Assembly: GCA_024330965.1 (NCBI GenBank) | Contig: JANDJL010000003.1 | Coordinates: 95,579 to 159,578, forward strand | Length of the DNA: 64,000 nt | From: Nitrospira sp. | Lineage (GTDB): Bacteria; Nitrospirota; Nitrospiria; Nitrospirales; Nitrospiraceae | Reading direction: 5' to 3' | Part shown: piece by piece, positions 8,698-17,742 of the stretch | Position numbering within the stretch: the first letter of the stretch is position 1 | Layout of the letters: the number at the start of each line of letters is the position of its first letter | Notes under the pieces: model-generated | Told to the model about the DNA's origin: nothing | The model's database searches: none | Seen by the model: the letters and a program-made list of their open reading frames with translations, nothing else | Position numbers and translations under genes: made by a program

Positions 8698-9957
8698 ATG
8701 ACGGATGTGAAGCCCGTGAAAACCGACGAGGTCCGGAAGGCGCTTGACGACCATCTTGCGCAGTGGGGGCTCAAGCGATGGGCGACGGCTCGCGAGTATC
8801 TTGCCTGGCAGCAACGACTGGTCTCACCTGAAACTCTTGAACGATTTGCCGAACAAACCGAGCGAAGACGAAGCGGCGAGTCGTGCGCCGACATCGCTTT
8901 TTACGATCTCTCGGCTCAGCCTGGCCTTTTTCCCGTCCTTCATAGCCAACGGTACGACTATTATCAGACGGTTGGACCGGCCATTGCGTTCCGCATCGGC
9001 GATGCCTTGTCCATTCTTGATTTCGGATGCGGAGTGGGGATTCTCACGACGTTCTATGCCCGTCTCTTTTCCGATCGCCACTTCGTCGGGATCGATCGTT
9101 CGGAAGCTTCGATTGCGGCTGCACGACGGAAGGCCGACGCGCTGGGTTTGAGCAATGTCCGGTTTGAGTGTCTGGATGTCGGCGCCGATCTCCATGGGCC
9201 GTCCGAAGCCTATGATCTGATCCTGTCCACCCATGCGCTGGTTCAGCATGAGCGGGACCCCGGTCTTCCGAGCGCGAGCTGGAGGACTTTTCAAAGGGTA
9301 CGGGATGCCGATCAACAGTCGATGTTCGAACGTCGCACCGGTATGGGAGCCAGGCTTGATTGGCTGACTTCAACCTTGACTCGACAAGGGCGGATGATCG
9401 CGCTCGAAAAAACCAGACAGCTCGCCAGGCGGGTGCCGTTTCAACGAGCCATGGCAGCCAGGGGATTGCATTTGATCGAGAAGCCGGAGCCGATCCGCTA
9501 CAGGATTTTTGAAGACGAGATGGATGACGGTCCCCTCTATCACGTGCGGAAAGGAGTCGAGCCTTGGCTGGAATGGGACGAGTCGCCGGAGCCTGATGAC
9601 GGTCTGCCTTTTGATCCCGCTTGTGTCAACAAGCGGTCGCGCGACCTCAGCGCCCCTCTGTACGAAAATCACCGGCCGTCGGCGCAAGCGGCGTGGGAAC
9701 GGCTGATCGACCGCCGCGTCACCAAAGAAGAGACCTACCGAGAGCCGGATGGCCGTGAGCTGCACGTTGAGCTGGGTATCGCGAACGGACTTGCCTATCT
9801 CTACTGCGCCAACACCTTCGATCAGAGACAGTTGGTCGTCTTCGAGTCGGCTCATGCGCACGCGCTCGAATCGTATTATCGGGACATTGTAGAAGGGATG
9901 TCGTCGTCCCTGCCGCCGAGAGGCCCATCGGGTACCGGAGGTGCAAACGGTGGGTGA
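8698..9957 (+). CDS. class I SAM-dependent methyltransferase with C-terminal domain of unknown function
   Basis: Motif I is ILDFGCGVGILT, with an acidic residue after beta-2 (VGIDRS). The ATG at 8698 is chosen over the longer ORF, which overlaps the previous gene. Confidence 0.75.
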   Translation: MTDVKPVKTDEVRKALDDHLAQWGLKRWATAREYLAWQQRLVSPETLERFAEQTERRRSGESCADIAFYDLSAQPGLFPVLHSQRYDYYQTVGPAIAFRIGDALSILDFGCGVGILTTFYARLFSDRHFVGIDRSEASIAAARRKADALGLSNVRFECLDVGADLHGPSEAYDLILSTHALVQHERDPGLPSASWRTFQRVRDADQQSMFERRTGMGARLDWLTSTLTRQGRMIALEKTRQLARRVPFQRAMAARGLHLIEKPEPIRYRIFEDEMDDGPLYHVRKGVEPWLEWDESPEPDDGLPFDPACVNKRSRDLSAPLYENHRPSAQAAWERLIDRRVTKEETYREPDGRELHVELGIANGLAYLYCANTFDQRQLVVFESAHAHALESYYRDIVEGMSSSLPPRGPSGTGGANGG

Positions 9958-10021
9958 GGCGCGAACCCAGAACTCTCCGCATGCGTTGGGTCCGTTCCTT
10001 CCCTTGAGATTCTCGTGGAGA

Positions 10022-12469
10022 TTATCGTGAGGCGATCGACGAGGTGATCGCCTCCTCGGTTTCTTCTTCTATGGAAGCGGACGGTTCTTGATCGAACGCC
10101 GCACGAAGGACTTCTTCGATCCGTTCGACCAGGATGAAGGTCAGCTCATCACGGACTTCCGCCGGCACGTCCTTCAGATCCTTCTCGTTCGCCTTCGGCA
10201 GAATGACGCGCATGATACCGGCGCGATGCGCCGCCAACACCTTTTCCTTGATTCCACCGACCGGCAGGACGAGGCCGCTCAAGCTGATTTCGCCCGTCAT
10301 GGCCGTGTCGCTCCGGACGGGTTTCCCGACGTAGGCTGAGGCCAGCGCCGTGACCATGGTCACACCGGCCGACGGTCCGTCTTTAGGAATGGAGCCGGAC
10401 GGGACATGGATATGGACGCCGTTGCGTTTGAAGCGTGAGATGTCGAGCCCCATACTTTCGGCATGCGACCAGAGGTAGCTCCGTGCCGCTCGAGCCGACT
10501 CCTGCATGACGTCGCCCAGTTGGCCGGTCAGCGTCAGATCATGGTTGCCTGGCAACAGGGTCGATTCGACATAGAGGACATCGCCGCCTGTAGGAGTCCA
10601 GGCCAATCCCGTCGCCACGCCGGGCGGCAGATTTTTTCGCGCTTCTTCTGGAAGGAACCGCTCGGTGCCGAGCCAATCCCTCAACGTGGCTGCTTGGATG
10701 ACGACGGGTGTCCGCTCATGACCTTCCGGCAGTTCGGCAAAAACCAACGCGATTTTTCTCGTCAGCCGACCCAACATCTGTTCAAGCTGACGTACGCCCG
10801 CCTCTCTCGTGTACCGCCCGATGATCAGGTTGAGCACCTCGTCCGACAGGACGGCCTCATGCGACTCGATACCGGCTTCCTTCAGCCGGCGAGGCCACAA
10901 ATATCGGCGGGCGATTTCTGCCTTTTCGCGCTCGCTGTAGCCCTGCAGGCGGATGACTTCCATGCGGTCCAGCAACGGCTGACTGATCGTGTCAAGCGTA
11001 TTGGCCGTCGTAATGAAAAAGACCTTCGATAAATCGAAAGGAAGATCCAGATAGTGGTCGCGGAACGTGTGGTTCTGCGCCGGGTCCAGAATTTCCAGCA
11101 GAGCGGACGCGGGATCGCCGCGGAAATCGCGCCCCAGTTTATCCACCTCGTCGAGCATCAATACGGGGTTGTTGACACCGGCTCGACGGATGGCTTGGAT
11201 GATGCGACCAGGCAGGGCTCCGACGTAGGTGCGGCGATGTCCTCGCAGTTCCGCCTCATCGTGGACGCCGCCCAAGCTGAATCGCTCAAAGGTCCGTCCC
11301 ATGGCCCGTGCGATCGACTGCCCCAAACTGGTCTTTCCGACGCCCGGGGGGCCAACCAAACAGAGGATGGGGGCCTTCGCTGCGGGGTTCAGCTTCAGAA
11401 CAGCCAGATGTTCGATAATGCGGTCTTTGACTTCCTTGATGCCGTAATGATCTTCTTCCAATACCGCTCTGACTCTTGAGAGGTCGAAACGTTCATCGGA
11501 TGCCTTGGTCCAGGGCAGTTCGAGTACGAGTTCCAAATAGGCCCGCAGGACTTGATGGTCCGGTGAGGAGGGCGGGATCTTGGCCAAGCGATTCAACTCG
11601 CGTTCGACCTCCTTGCGCACGTGATCGGGCAGGTCTGTTTCCGACACCTGCTTTTTGAGATCGGAGATCTCGCCGTCTCCGCCCTCGCTTTCCCCGAGTT
11701 CTTGCTGGATCGCCTTGAGCTGTTCGCGCAGAATATATTCCCGCTGACTCTTGGAGATTTTCTTCTGGGCATCGTTGGCGATTTTGTCGCGGAGCTGGAG
11801 AATTTGGATTTCCTTCGAGAGCGCGGCGTAAAGACCGCGGAGCAAATCGATGGCGGAGGAACATTCCAGTAGCTGTTGCTCTTCCGCGACCGTCAAATTG
11901 ATGAGCGAGGTGATGCGATAGGCCAGGGCGACCGGGTCGACTTCGTCAAGCAAGACGGCGCTGATTTCTTCGATGCCCGGAGACTGAATCAATCGTGAGA
12001 GCTCAGATACCAGTTCCTTGATTGCGCGATGAAGGGCCTGCACTTCGGTGGCCGTCGAGTCCGATGGACGTTCGAGCAAGCGCGCTCGTACCTTGAGGTA
12101 TGGGGTCTTCTGCTCTTCTTTGATCAGGGCGATGCGATCCAACCCTTGGACGAGAACGTGAAGGTTGCCTTCGGAGGACTGACCGACCTGTTTGATGATC
12201 GCTTTGGTACCGATGGTATAAAGATCGGCCAGCTCCGGCTCTTCGGTCTGGGGGTGGCGCTGGGCGACGATCGCAATGGTTTTATCCTCAGTCTTCATCG
12301 CCGCATGAATTGCCGCTACCGAGCGTTTGCGTCCAACAGTCAGCGGCATCATGACGCCGGGAAAGAGGACTGTCCGTTTGATTGGAAGTACGGGCAGAAT
12401 CGTTAAGACGTTGTTTTCCACGGGATTCATCCTTGTATCGAGGGCCGAAGGCCAGTTCGGCCTGTCCAT
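10022..12469 (-). CDS. lon: ATP-dependent Lon protease
   Basis: 815-aa ORF with a LON N-domain (LPVLPIKRTVLFPG), Walker A GPPGVGKTS and the protease site PKDGPSAGVTM. An alternative start at 12430 is possible. Confidence 0.97.
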   Translation of the reverse strand: MDRPNWPSALDTRMNPVENNVLTILPVLPIKRTVLFPGVMMPLTVGRKRSVAAIHAAMKTEDKTIAIVAQRHPQTEEPELADLYTIGTKAIIKQVGQSSEGNLHVLVQGLDRIALIKEEQKTPYLKVRARLLERPSDSTATEVQALHRAIKELVSELSRLIQSPGIEEISAVLLDEVDPVALAYRITSLINLTVAEEQQLLECSSAIDLLRGLYAALSKEIQILQLRDKIANDAQKKISKSQREYILREQLKAIQQELGESEGGDGEISDLKKQVSETDLPDHVRKEVERELNRLAKIPPSSPDHQVLRAYLELVLELPWTKASDERFDLSRVRAVLEEDHYGIKEVKDRIIEHLAVLKLNPAAKAPILCLVGPPGVGKTSLGQSIARAMGRTFERFSLGGVHDEAELRGHRRTYVGALPGRIIQAIRRAGVNNPVLMLDEVDKLGRDFRGDPASALLEILDPAQNHTFRDHYLDLPFDLSKVFFITTANTLDTISQPLLDRMEVIRLQGYSEREKAEIARRYLWPRRLKEAGIESHEAVLSDEVLNLIIGRYTREAGVRQLEQMLGRLTRKIALVFAELPEGHERTPVVIQAATLRDWLGTERFLPEEARKNLPPGVATGLAWTPTGGDVLYVESTLLPGNHDLTLTGQLGDVMQESARAARSYLWSHAESMGLDISRFKRNGVHIHVPSGSIPKDGPSAGVTMVTALASAYVGKPVRSDTAMTGEISLSGLVLPVGGIKEKVLAAHRAGIMRVILPKANEKDLKDVPAEVRDELTFILVERIEEVLRAAFDQEPSASIEEETEEAITSSIASR

Positions 12470-12554
12470 GCCATTATTTTATCAATAGTGATAGGTCCAT
12501 TGGGTGGGAAGTCAAGAGACGGGATGCCCGACAGGCAAACGGGAGACCAGGCGC

Positions 12555-12586
12555 GAAAAGGAGAAAAGGAGAAAAGGAGAAAAGGA
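12555..12586. repeat. microsatellite (GAAAAGGA)x4 followed by G6
   Basis: Read directly. It lies in the divergent intergenic region between lon (minus) and the NUDIX gene (plus). Confidence 0.95.
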
Positions 12587-12778
12587 GGGGGGACCACGCC
12601 GCTTTAGTGCAAAGCGGGTTGAATTTGTGCTATCCATCCTCCGTGGGATCTGGTGGAGAGTGCTCTGCGTGCAGGAGGATCGTTCGTTAACCGGGCCGGT
12701 CTGGCTGGCCGATCTGTCCACCACGCCTATTGGCCGGTCGTTCTCGTGGGACATGGCTTCGTTCCAACCTCTGAACTT

Positions 12779-13321
12779 ATGAACTATTGTAGTCACTGTG
12801 GTGCTCCGGTTGTCCAAAAGATTCCTCCGGGAGACAACCTGCCTCGACACGTGTGCAATCGGTGTGAGCGGATTCATTACCACAATCCTAAAATTGTGGC
12901 CGGGTGCATTCCCGAGTGGGAAGACCGAATCCTTCTATGCCGACGCGCCATTGAACCTCGGCTTGGGTTGTGGACGTTTCCGGCCGGCTTCATGGAGTTG
13001 GGGGAAAGCACTGAGGAGGCCGCGGTTCGAGAGACCAAGGAAGAGGCACAGGCGGACGTAAAGATTACCGCCCTTTACGCGGTACTCAGCCTTCCGCACA
13101 TCGGGCAGGTCTATCTGGTTTTTCGCGGGCGCATGTTGACGCCTTCTTGCAAGCCAGGGGCGGAGAGTTTGGAAGTGCGGCTTTTCCCCCCAGCCGAGGT
13201 CCCGTGGGAGCAAATCGCCTTTCCGGTCGTGCGAGAAACCCTTCGGCGCTACGTCGAGGACGCGGCGAGGGGACGATTTCAATTCCATCTTGCCAGCCTT
13301 CGAGATCGCCTTCCGCTGTAG
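12779..13321 (+). CDS. NUDIX hydrolase with N-terminal zinc ribbon
   Basis: From the ATG at 12779: MNYCSHCGAPV...CNRCERIHY (4-Cys ribbon). The NUDIX box is GFMELGESTEEAAVRETKEEA. Confidence 0.85.
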   Translation: MNYCSHCGAPVVQKIPPGDNLPRHVCNRCERIHYHNPKIVAGCIPEWEDRILLCRRAIEPRLGLWTFPAGFMELGESTEEAAVRETKEEAQADVKITALYAVLSLPHIGQVYLVFRGRMLTPSCKPGAESLEVRLFPPAEVPWEQIAFPVVRETLRRYVEDAARGRFQFHLASLRDRLPL

Positions 13322-13335
13322 GAGTACGAACGGCG

Positions 13336-13677
13336 TCAACCGAGCCGAAGGTCTCTGCCGCGGTTTGAGAGTCGCTCCAGAAGTCGATTCAGCCGCTCTT
13401 GCTGGGACGGCGTCACGGCAAGAAACTCCAAGCCGATGCCGAGGTTTCCTGTCCATCGGACCGCTGCGTTCCTGATTATGATCGGGGAAGATTCGCCGGG
13501 AGGCTGCAGGTGCAGTTCCATCTGCATGCCAGTAAATGGGCGGATGACGCTCTCGATCCGGCACCCCTGTCGAGACAGATCTTTGACCGTTCCGGTGTAG
13601 CGGAGTCTCTCCCTCTGGGCATGCACAAGGATGACGGGAATCGCGACGGGAAGGCGCTGATGCCTACGAACCATCAT
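13336..13677 (-). CDS. stand-alone PilZ-domain protein
   Basis: 113-aa ORF with RRHQRLP (RxxxR) and DLSRQG (D/NxSxxG) motifs. Confidence 0.8.
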   Translation of the reverse strand: MMVRRHQRLPVAIPVILVHAQRERLRYTGTVKDLSRQGCRIESVIRPFTGMQMELHLQPPGESSPIIIRNAAVRWTGNLGIGLEFLAVTPSQQERLNRLLERLSNRGRDLRLG

Positions 13678-13890
13678 CTGACGTACTTGAGCTCGTTTTA
13701 TGACGGTGTCGGCAGAGTCACGTTGCCGCCTGGGCAGACTTTTTTGGAGGCAGGCTAGGAGCCTGTTACGATCTTGTCAATCTCAAAACAAACGCCAAAA
13801 CGCCAAAACGACGATCTCTGTGCCGTCGGGGTGAGGAAATCGAGTGGACGGTGCGCGTGCCGGTACGGAGAGGGGATGAGCCGGCTCCGT

Positions 13891-14352
13891 TTAGCGGAGC
13901 CAGTGCCATGAACGATAGTATCGAGGGCCCCACCAGGGTCTGTAGTAATAGGGTGGACCAAAGGCCCAGGAATGGCCGAGGGAGAGCCAAAACCCCGTAT
14001 GGGACTGTAAGGTCACAAACGGGAGGGGTGGATAGATGATGGGAGCAAATTGGATAGCGGGGCGAGCGGCAACCTCTCGTTGCAAGGCTTCTGTCGCGGC
14101 CTCCTGCCGGTCTATTTGCGCCTTGAGCTGGCTGACGGCGTTTTGTTGGGCACGCAGTTGGTTTTCAAGCTGCGCGATCTTTTCGCGCTGGAGTTCGCTC
14201 AACGTATTGATGCATCGGGTCTGGACGTCCCCTGTGTAGGAGGAACATTCCCACGGAACCGAGAGGGACTCAGCGGAGGAAGATGGGCCCGGTATGAGCA
14301 ACAGTATCGCGATCCAGCTTGCCGTGAGTGCCGTGCACGGATTCTTTCTCAT
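13891..14352 (-). CDS. exported coiled-coil protein, hypothetical
   Basis: 153-aa ORF with a signal peptide (WIAILLLIPGPSSSAES), a Q/A-rich coiled coil and an aromatic-rich C-terminus (PPYYYRPWWGPRYYRSW). Confidence 0.6.
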   Translation of the reverse strand: MRKNPCTALTASWIAILLLIPGPSSSAESLSVPWECSSYTGDVQTRCINTLSELQREKIAQLENQLRAQQNAVSQLKAQIDRQEAATEALQREVAARPAIQFAPIIYPPLPFVTLQSHTGFWLSLGHSWAFGPPYYYRPWWGPRYYRSWHWLR

Positions 14353-14488
14353 GAGATTATGAGCCGTGATTGATCAATTTTTCGGTTGTATTACACCATA
14401 CCACGAGAGAGGGCTGTTGAACAGGTCGGCGGTTTGATTTTGAAGACCTTGGCCCCTACAATGCCGGCTTGCCTGGAGGGATGATGAG

Positions 14489-15217
14489 GTGAGGACTCGA
14501 CGGAGAACTCCGAAAAATCGCTCGGTAAAGGGAAATCGCGGCTATGTGACGACGCTTGACTCGGCAACCAAGCGCCGGTTTCAGCAGCGTCTCTTACAAT
14601 GGTATCGGAAACATGGTCGCGATCTGCCATGGCGCAAGACGTCGGACCCTTACCATATCCTCGTGTCCGAGGTGATGTTGCAGCAAACCCAGGTGGACCG
14701 TGTCATCCCCAAATATCATGAGTTTTTGGAGCGTTATCCGAGTTTGGAAGATCTGGCGGAAGCGCCGGTGTCAGATGTGAAAAAGACCTGGTATCCGCTG
14801 GGGTACAACATTCGGCCGGAGCGGCTGCATGGTATCGCCTGTGAAACGATTGAAAAGTACGGAGGGAAGTTGCCTTCCGATGCGGAGACCCTGCTTTCCT
14901 TCAAGGGCATCGGGCGGTATACAGCCGGTGCGATCCGCTCGTTCGCGTTCAACGAGGACGCGCCGATTCTCGACACCAACGTCGGTCGGGTGCTTCATCG
15001 GGTGTTTGTGGCCGAGGGAGATCCCAAGGCGCAGAAGTCAAAGCTGTGGGAGTTGTCTGAGGCCTTGATTCCTCGTGGCAAGGGCTATGATTTCAATCAA
15101 GCCATGATGGATTTTGGGGCGATGGTCTGCACGGCCCGCGATCCCTCTTGCCTGCTCTGCCCGATGAAGTCGTTCTGTAAGACGTATCCGTTCGGCTCCA
15201 GGACCTCCAGCGATTGA
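14489..15217 (+). CDS. mutY: A/G-specific adenine DNA glycosylase (MutY-type catalytic domain only)
   Basis: GTG start 8 nt after GGAGGG. Contains YRKHGRDLPWR, VSEVMLQQTQV, HhH-GPD (FKGIGRYTAGAI...DTNV) and a 4Cys Fe-S loop (CTARDPSCLLCPMKSFC). At 242 aa it lacks the C-terminal NUDIX-like domain of full-length MutY. Confidence 0.8.
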   Translation: MRTRRRTPKNRSVKGNRGYVTTLDSATKRRFQQRLLQWYRKHGRDLPWRKTSDPYHILVSEVMLQQTQVDRVIPKYHEFLERYPSLEDLAEAPVSDVKKTWYPLGYNIRPERLHGIACETIEKYGGKLPSDAETLLSFKGIGRYTAGAIRSFAFNEDAPILDTNVGRVLHRVFVAEGDPKAQKSKLWELSEALIPRGKGYDFNQAMMDFGAMVCTARDPSCLLCPMKSFCKTYPFGSRTSSD

Positions 15218-15226
15218 GAACCGACC

Positions 15227-15637
15227 ATGAAGATGATCGAGGTGGCGGCCGGGCTCATCCGCCGAAACGGGCGCTATTTGATCGCCCGCCGTAAGGCCGG
15301 GACTCATCTGGCTGGTTTGTGGGAATTTCCAGGGGGGAAACGGGAGGCCGGCGAGTCATTGACGGACTGTCTGCAACGGGAACTGTTTGAAGAGTTGGGG
15401 ATCCGAATCGACGTGCCGATCCCGTATCAAATTATTCGGCACGAGTATTCTGAAAGAATCGTGGAACTCCATTTTTTCCGCTGTGTCATCGAAGAAGGAG
15501 AGCCGGCGGCCATCGAATGTGAGGAGATTCGGTGGGTGCGGCCTGACGAACTGTCCGATTTTGAATTCCCTCCGGCCGACCGCCCGATCGTCAAGGCCTT
15601 GCAGCGTGACGACGAGGAAGAAAGGGATGAGCGATGA
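15227..15637 (+). CDS. mutT: 8-oxo-dGTP diphosphatase-type NUDIX hydrolase (MutT-like)
   Basis: 136-aa ORF with LWEFPGGKREAGESLTDCLQRELFEELGI, a complete NUDIX box in MutT-like context. Confidence 0.8.
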   Translation: MKMIEVAAGLIRRNGRYLIARRKAGTHLAGLWEFPGGKREAGESLTDCLQRELFEELGIRIDVPIPYQIIRHEYSERIVELHFFRCVIEEGEPAAIECEEIRWVRPDELSDFEFPPADRPIVKALQRDDEEERDER

Positions 15638-16350
15638 AGGTCGTGCTCGACATTGAAACCGTTCAAGCCCCTCGCGAGGAATGGGCTCGCCTTATGGGGA
15701 AACCGTTGCAATGTGAGGCAGACGGTGGAGCGGAACCGGCTCTCGACCTTTTTGCAGCCGGTGCTGCCCAGGAGCAAAGAAGAATAGAAGAAGAGTTGTA
15801 CGCCAAGTCGGCATTCGACGGCACCTTTAGCCGTATCGTGTGCATCGGGTTGCTAGAGTTTACGGATCAGATGGAGGCCAGGGGTGCTATGGCCTGGTAT
15901 GGTCCCAATGAGCGGGAGTTGCTCCGCCGGTTTTGGGCACGTCTGGATCAGATTCGCCCCGCGCTGTTTATCACGCATAACGGCCTGGGATTCGATTTTC
16001 CGTTCCTGAAAAAACGATCCATCATCCATCAAGTCAAGCCGACCATGGAGATCCCCTTGGCGAAGTTCAGGACGGAACCGGTCTATGACACGATGGCGAT
16101 ATGGAGCAATTGGGATGCGAGGGGCTGGATCAAACTAGATGTGTTGGCACGCGCCCTCCAGGTCGAAACCAAATCGGGCAGCGGCGAGCAGGTGGCCGAC
16201 ATGTGGGAAAAAGGCTGTGGCCAAGAACTGGCCCGGTATTGTTTGCAAGATACGTATGTCACGTATGCCTGCTATTGCCGCATGAATTTCAGGCAGCCGT
16301 TGTCGCGGGAAGTCGTGCTGCTCAACTCGGAATTGTTAGAAGTGATCTGA
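15634..16350 (+). CDS. RNase H-fold 3'-5' exonuclease (PolB-exonuclease-like, DEDDy)
   Basis: ATGA overlap with mutT. Contains VLDIET (ExoI), THNGLGFDFPFL (ExoII) and YCLQDTYVT (ExoIII). Confidence 0.7.
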   Translation: MKVVLDIETVQAPREEWARLMGKPLQCEADGGAEPALDLFAAGAAQEQRRIEEELYAKSAFDGTFSRIVCIGLLEFTDQMEARGAMAWYGPNERELLRRFWARLDQIRPALFITHNGLGFDFPFLKKRSIIHQVKPTMEIPLAKFRTEPVYDTMAIWSNWDARGWIKLDVLARALQVETKSGSGEQVADMWEKGCGQELARYCLQDTYVTYACYCRMNFRQPLSREVVLLNSELLEVI

Positions 16351-16418
16351 CGTCCACTCCCATCGAAGAAAAAAGCTCCCCCGAAGAAAAAAAAGACTCC
16401 CGACCCGTTTCCTGACTA

Positions 16419-17054
16419 TCAAGAGGAATAGGGAGTGATCACCAGGGCCAGGGTTCCGGGGATCCAATCGTTGGAATAGGCGGGGATCCGTTCGACTCGT
16501 GCTGCATGGTTCGGTTTTTTCAATGCGGAGATTCTCATCCCATTGCGGGGTGAGATCGTCACATAGATGGAATCGTGATGGCGAAAAATAATACCCGCAG
16601 CGGGTGCAGCGCCTGACCCTGCCGATGGGGACACCGTGAAACCGACCAGTTGAGTCGGTTTCGCTTGCGATAATGCGTCGGCTAGCAGGGGAGCAAGATA
16701 CTGGGCGTCCTCATCGCTGAACATTCTCATCGGCGTGGTGCCGTCTGCGGGTATGGCTGGTACGGCGGGCATGGATGGGGAAGCGGTCGCAACTTCCTCT
16801 GCCATGAATCCTTGGAGAACGGAGAACAACCAGGCTTTGTCGATGGTGGCCGGGTGGCTGGCGATAAACGAGTGGTCGATGATCGTTTGGAAATAGACTG
16901 TGCCCTTAGCACTGTGGTGGAAGAGGGACTGTGCTTGCCCACCAGGAATCGTTGAACATCCAGTTGACAATCCAGTCGACAGGATAAGAAGGACCACCAG
17001 CCTACCTGGCAAGCCTACGGCCATTTGGGAGGAGATTCTCAAAACTTTCGCCAT
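16419..17054 (-). CDS. lipoprotein, hypothetical
   Basis: 211-aa ORF with a lipobox LSTGCS after a hydrophobic stretch. The start is uncertain (17054 or 17024). Confidence 0.6.
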   Translation of the reverse strand: MAKVLRISSQMAVGLPGRLVVLLILSTGLSTGCSTIPGGQAQSLFHHSAKGTVYFQTIIDHSFIASHPATIDKAWLFSVLQGFMAEEVATASPSMPAVPAIPADGTTPMRMFSDEDAQYLAPLLADALSQAKPTQLVGFTVSPSAGSGAAPAAGIIFRHHDSIYVTISPRNGMRISALKKPNHAARVERIPAYSNDWIPGTLALVITPYSS

Positions 17055-17742
17055 AATTTCAGCTCAGCTCTTCACGAACGTGGTGGCCAAGAAATGTCAT
17101 GGGTCCCGTTGATTGCTGATTACCAAATGCCTAATCCCATTAGGATGATGCCGAGGGCAAGCCACCCGACGACACCCAGTGCAATGACCGATTCGATTGA
17201 CATCTGCATTGGTTTCTTACCCGAAGAAAGAGCTTCGTCTTTTCTGTCCATACTCCTACCGTAGCGGCTGCGATCGGCTGTCTCTTTAGCACCATGCCAG
17301 CAGAACCAAAGTCTCAGCCGAGGGTACAGCAAATGTTATGCCCTTCCCATATTTCGACAGTCCCAACCGGTGGCCACCATGTTTTCTCAGAGCTAGTTTG
17401 TGTGGACTTAGCTGAGATCCAGTTGTTGATGGGTTTAAATGGGCCCATGGGGAGGCCATGGGTGTTTCAACACCAAGGCCTTGCGTCAGTAATTGGCATC
17501 TGGCGTTATGGGAGTGTGTCAAGACTCTGACGGGCTCAGGCAAACACCAGGTGTCGTGAAAACAGGAAAACACCAGGTAAAAAAGGACGACGAGGGTGAT
17601 GAACCACTGCGACCATGCCAAAGTGAACAAAATTATCCATTCTGTGTGGCGTGGTGTACAGAATTGCACAGGGTGCTGCTCCTGGTTCGACGGAAGTAGG
17701 CAGTGGTGTGAAGAAATGGTGCCGGGGATGAGGGGGAAGGTG

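Noticed and set aside
12555-12586. A possible CRISPR array or coding Glu/Lys repeat (track ORF 12504-12782 reads REKEKRRKGEKE).
   Set aside because: The units are 8 bp with no spacers, so this is a microsatellite, not a CRISPR array. The ORF lacks a start context and lies in a divergent promoter region.
17286-17669. A 127-aa minus-strand ORF as a real gene.
   Set aside because: It has atypical Cys/His/Trp-rich composition and no SD. It overlaps ORF 17120-17332 and sits in a compositionally deviant gap. Evidence is insufficient, so it is mentioned only in a finding.
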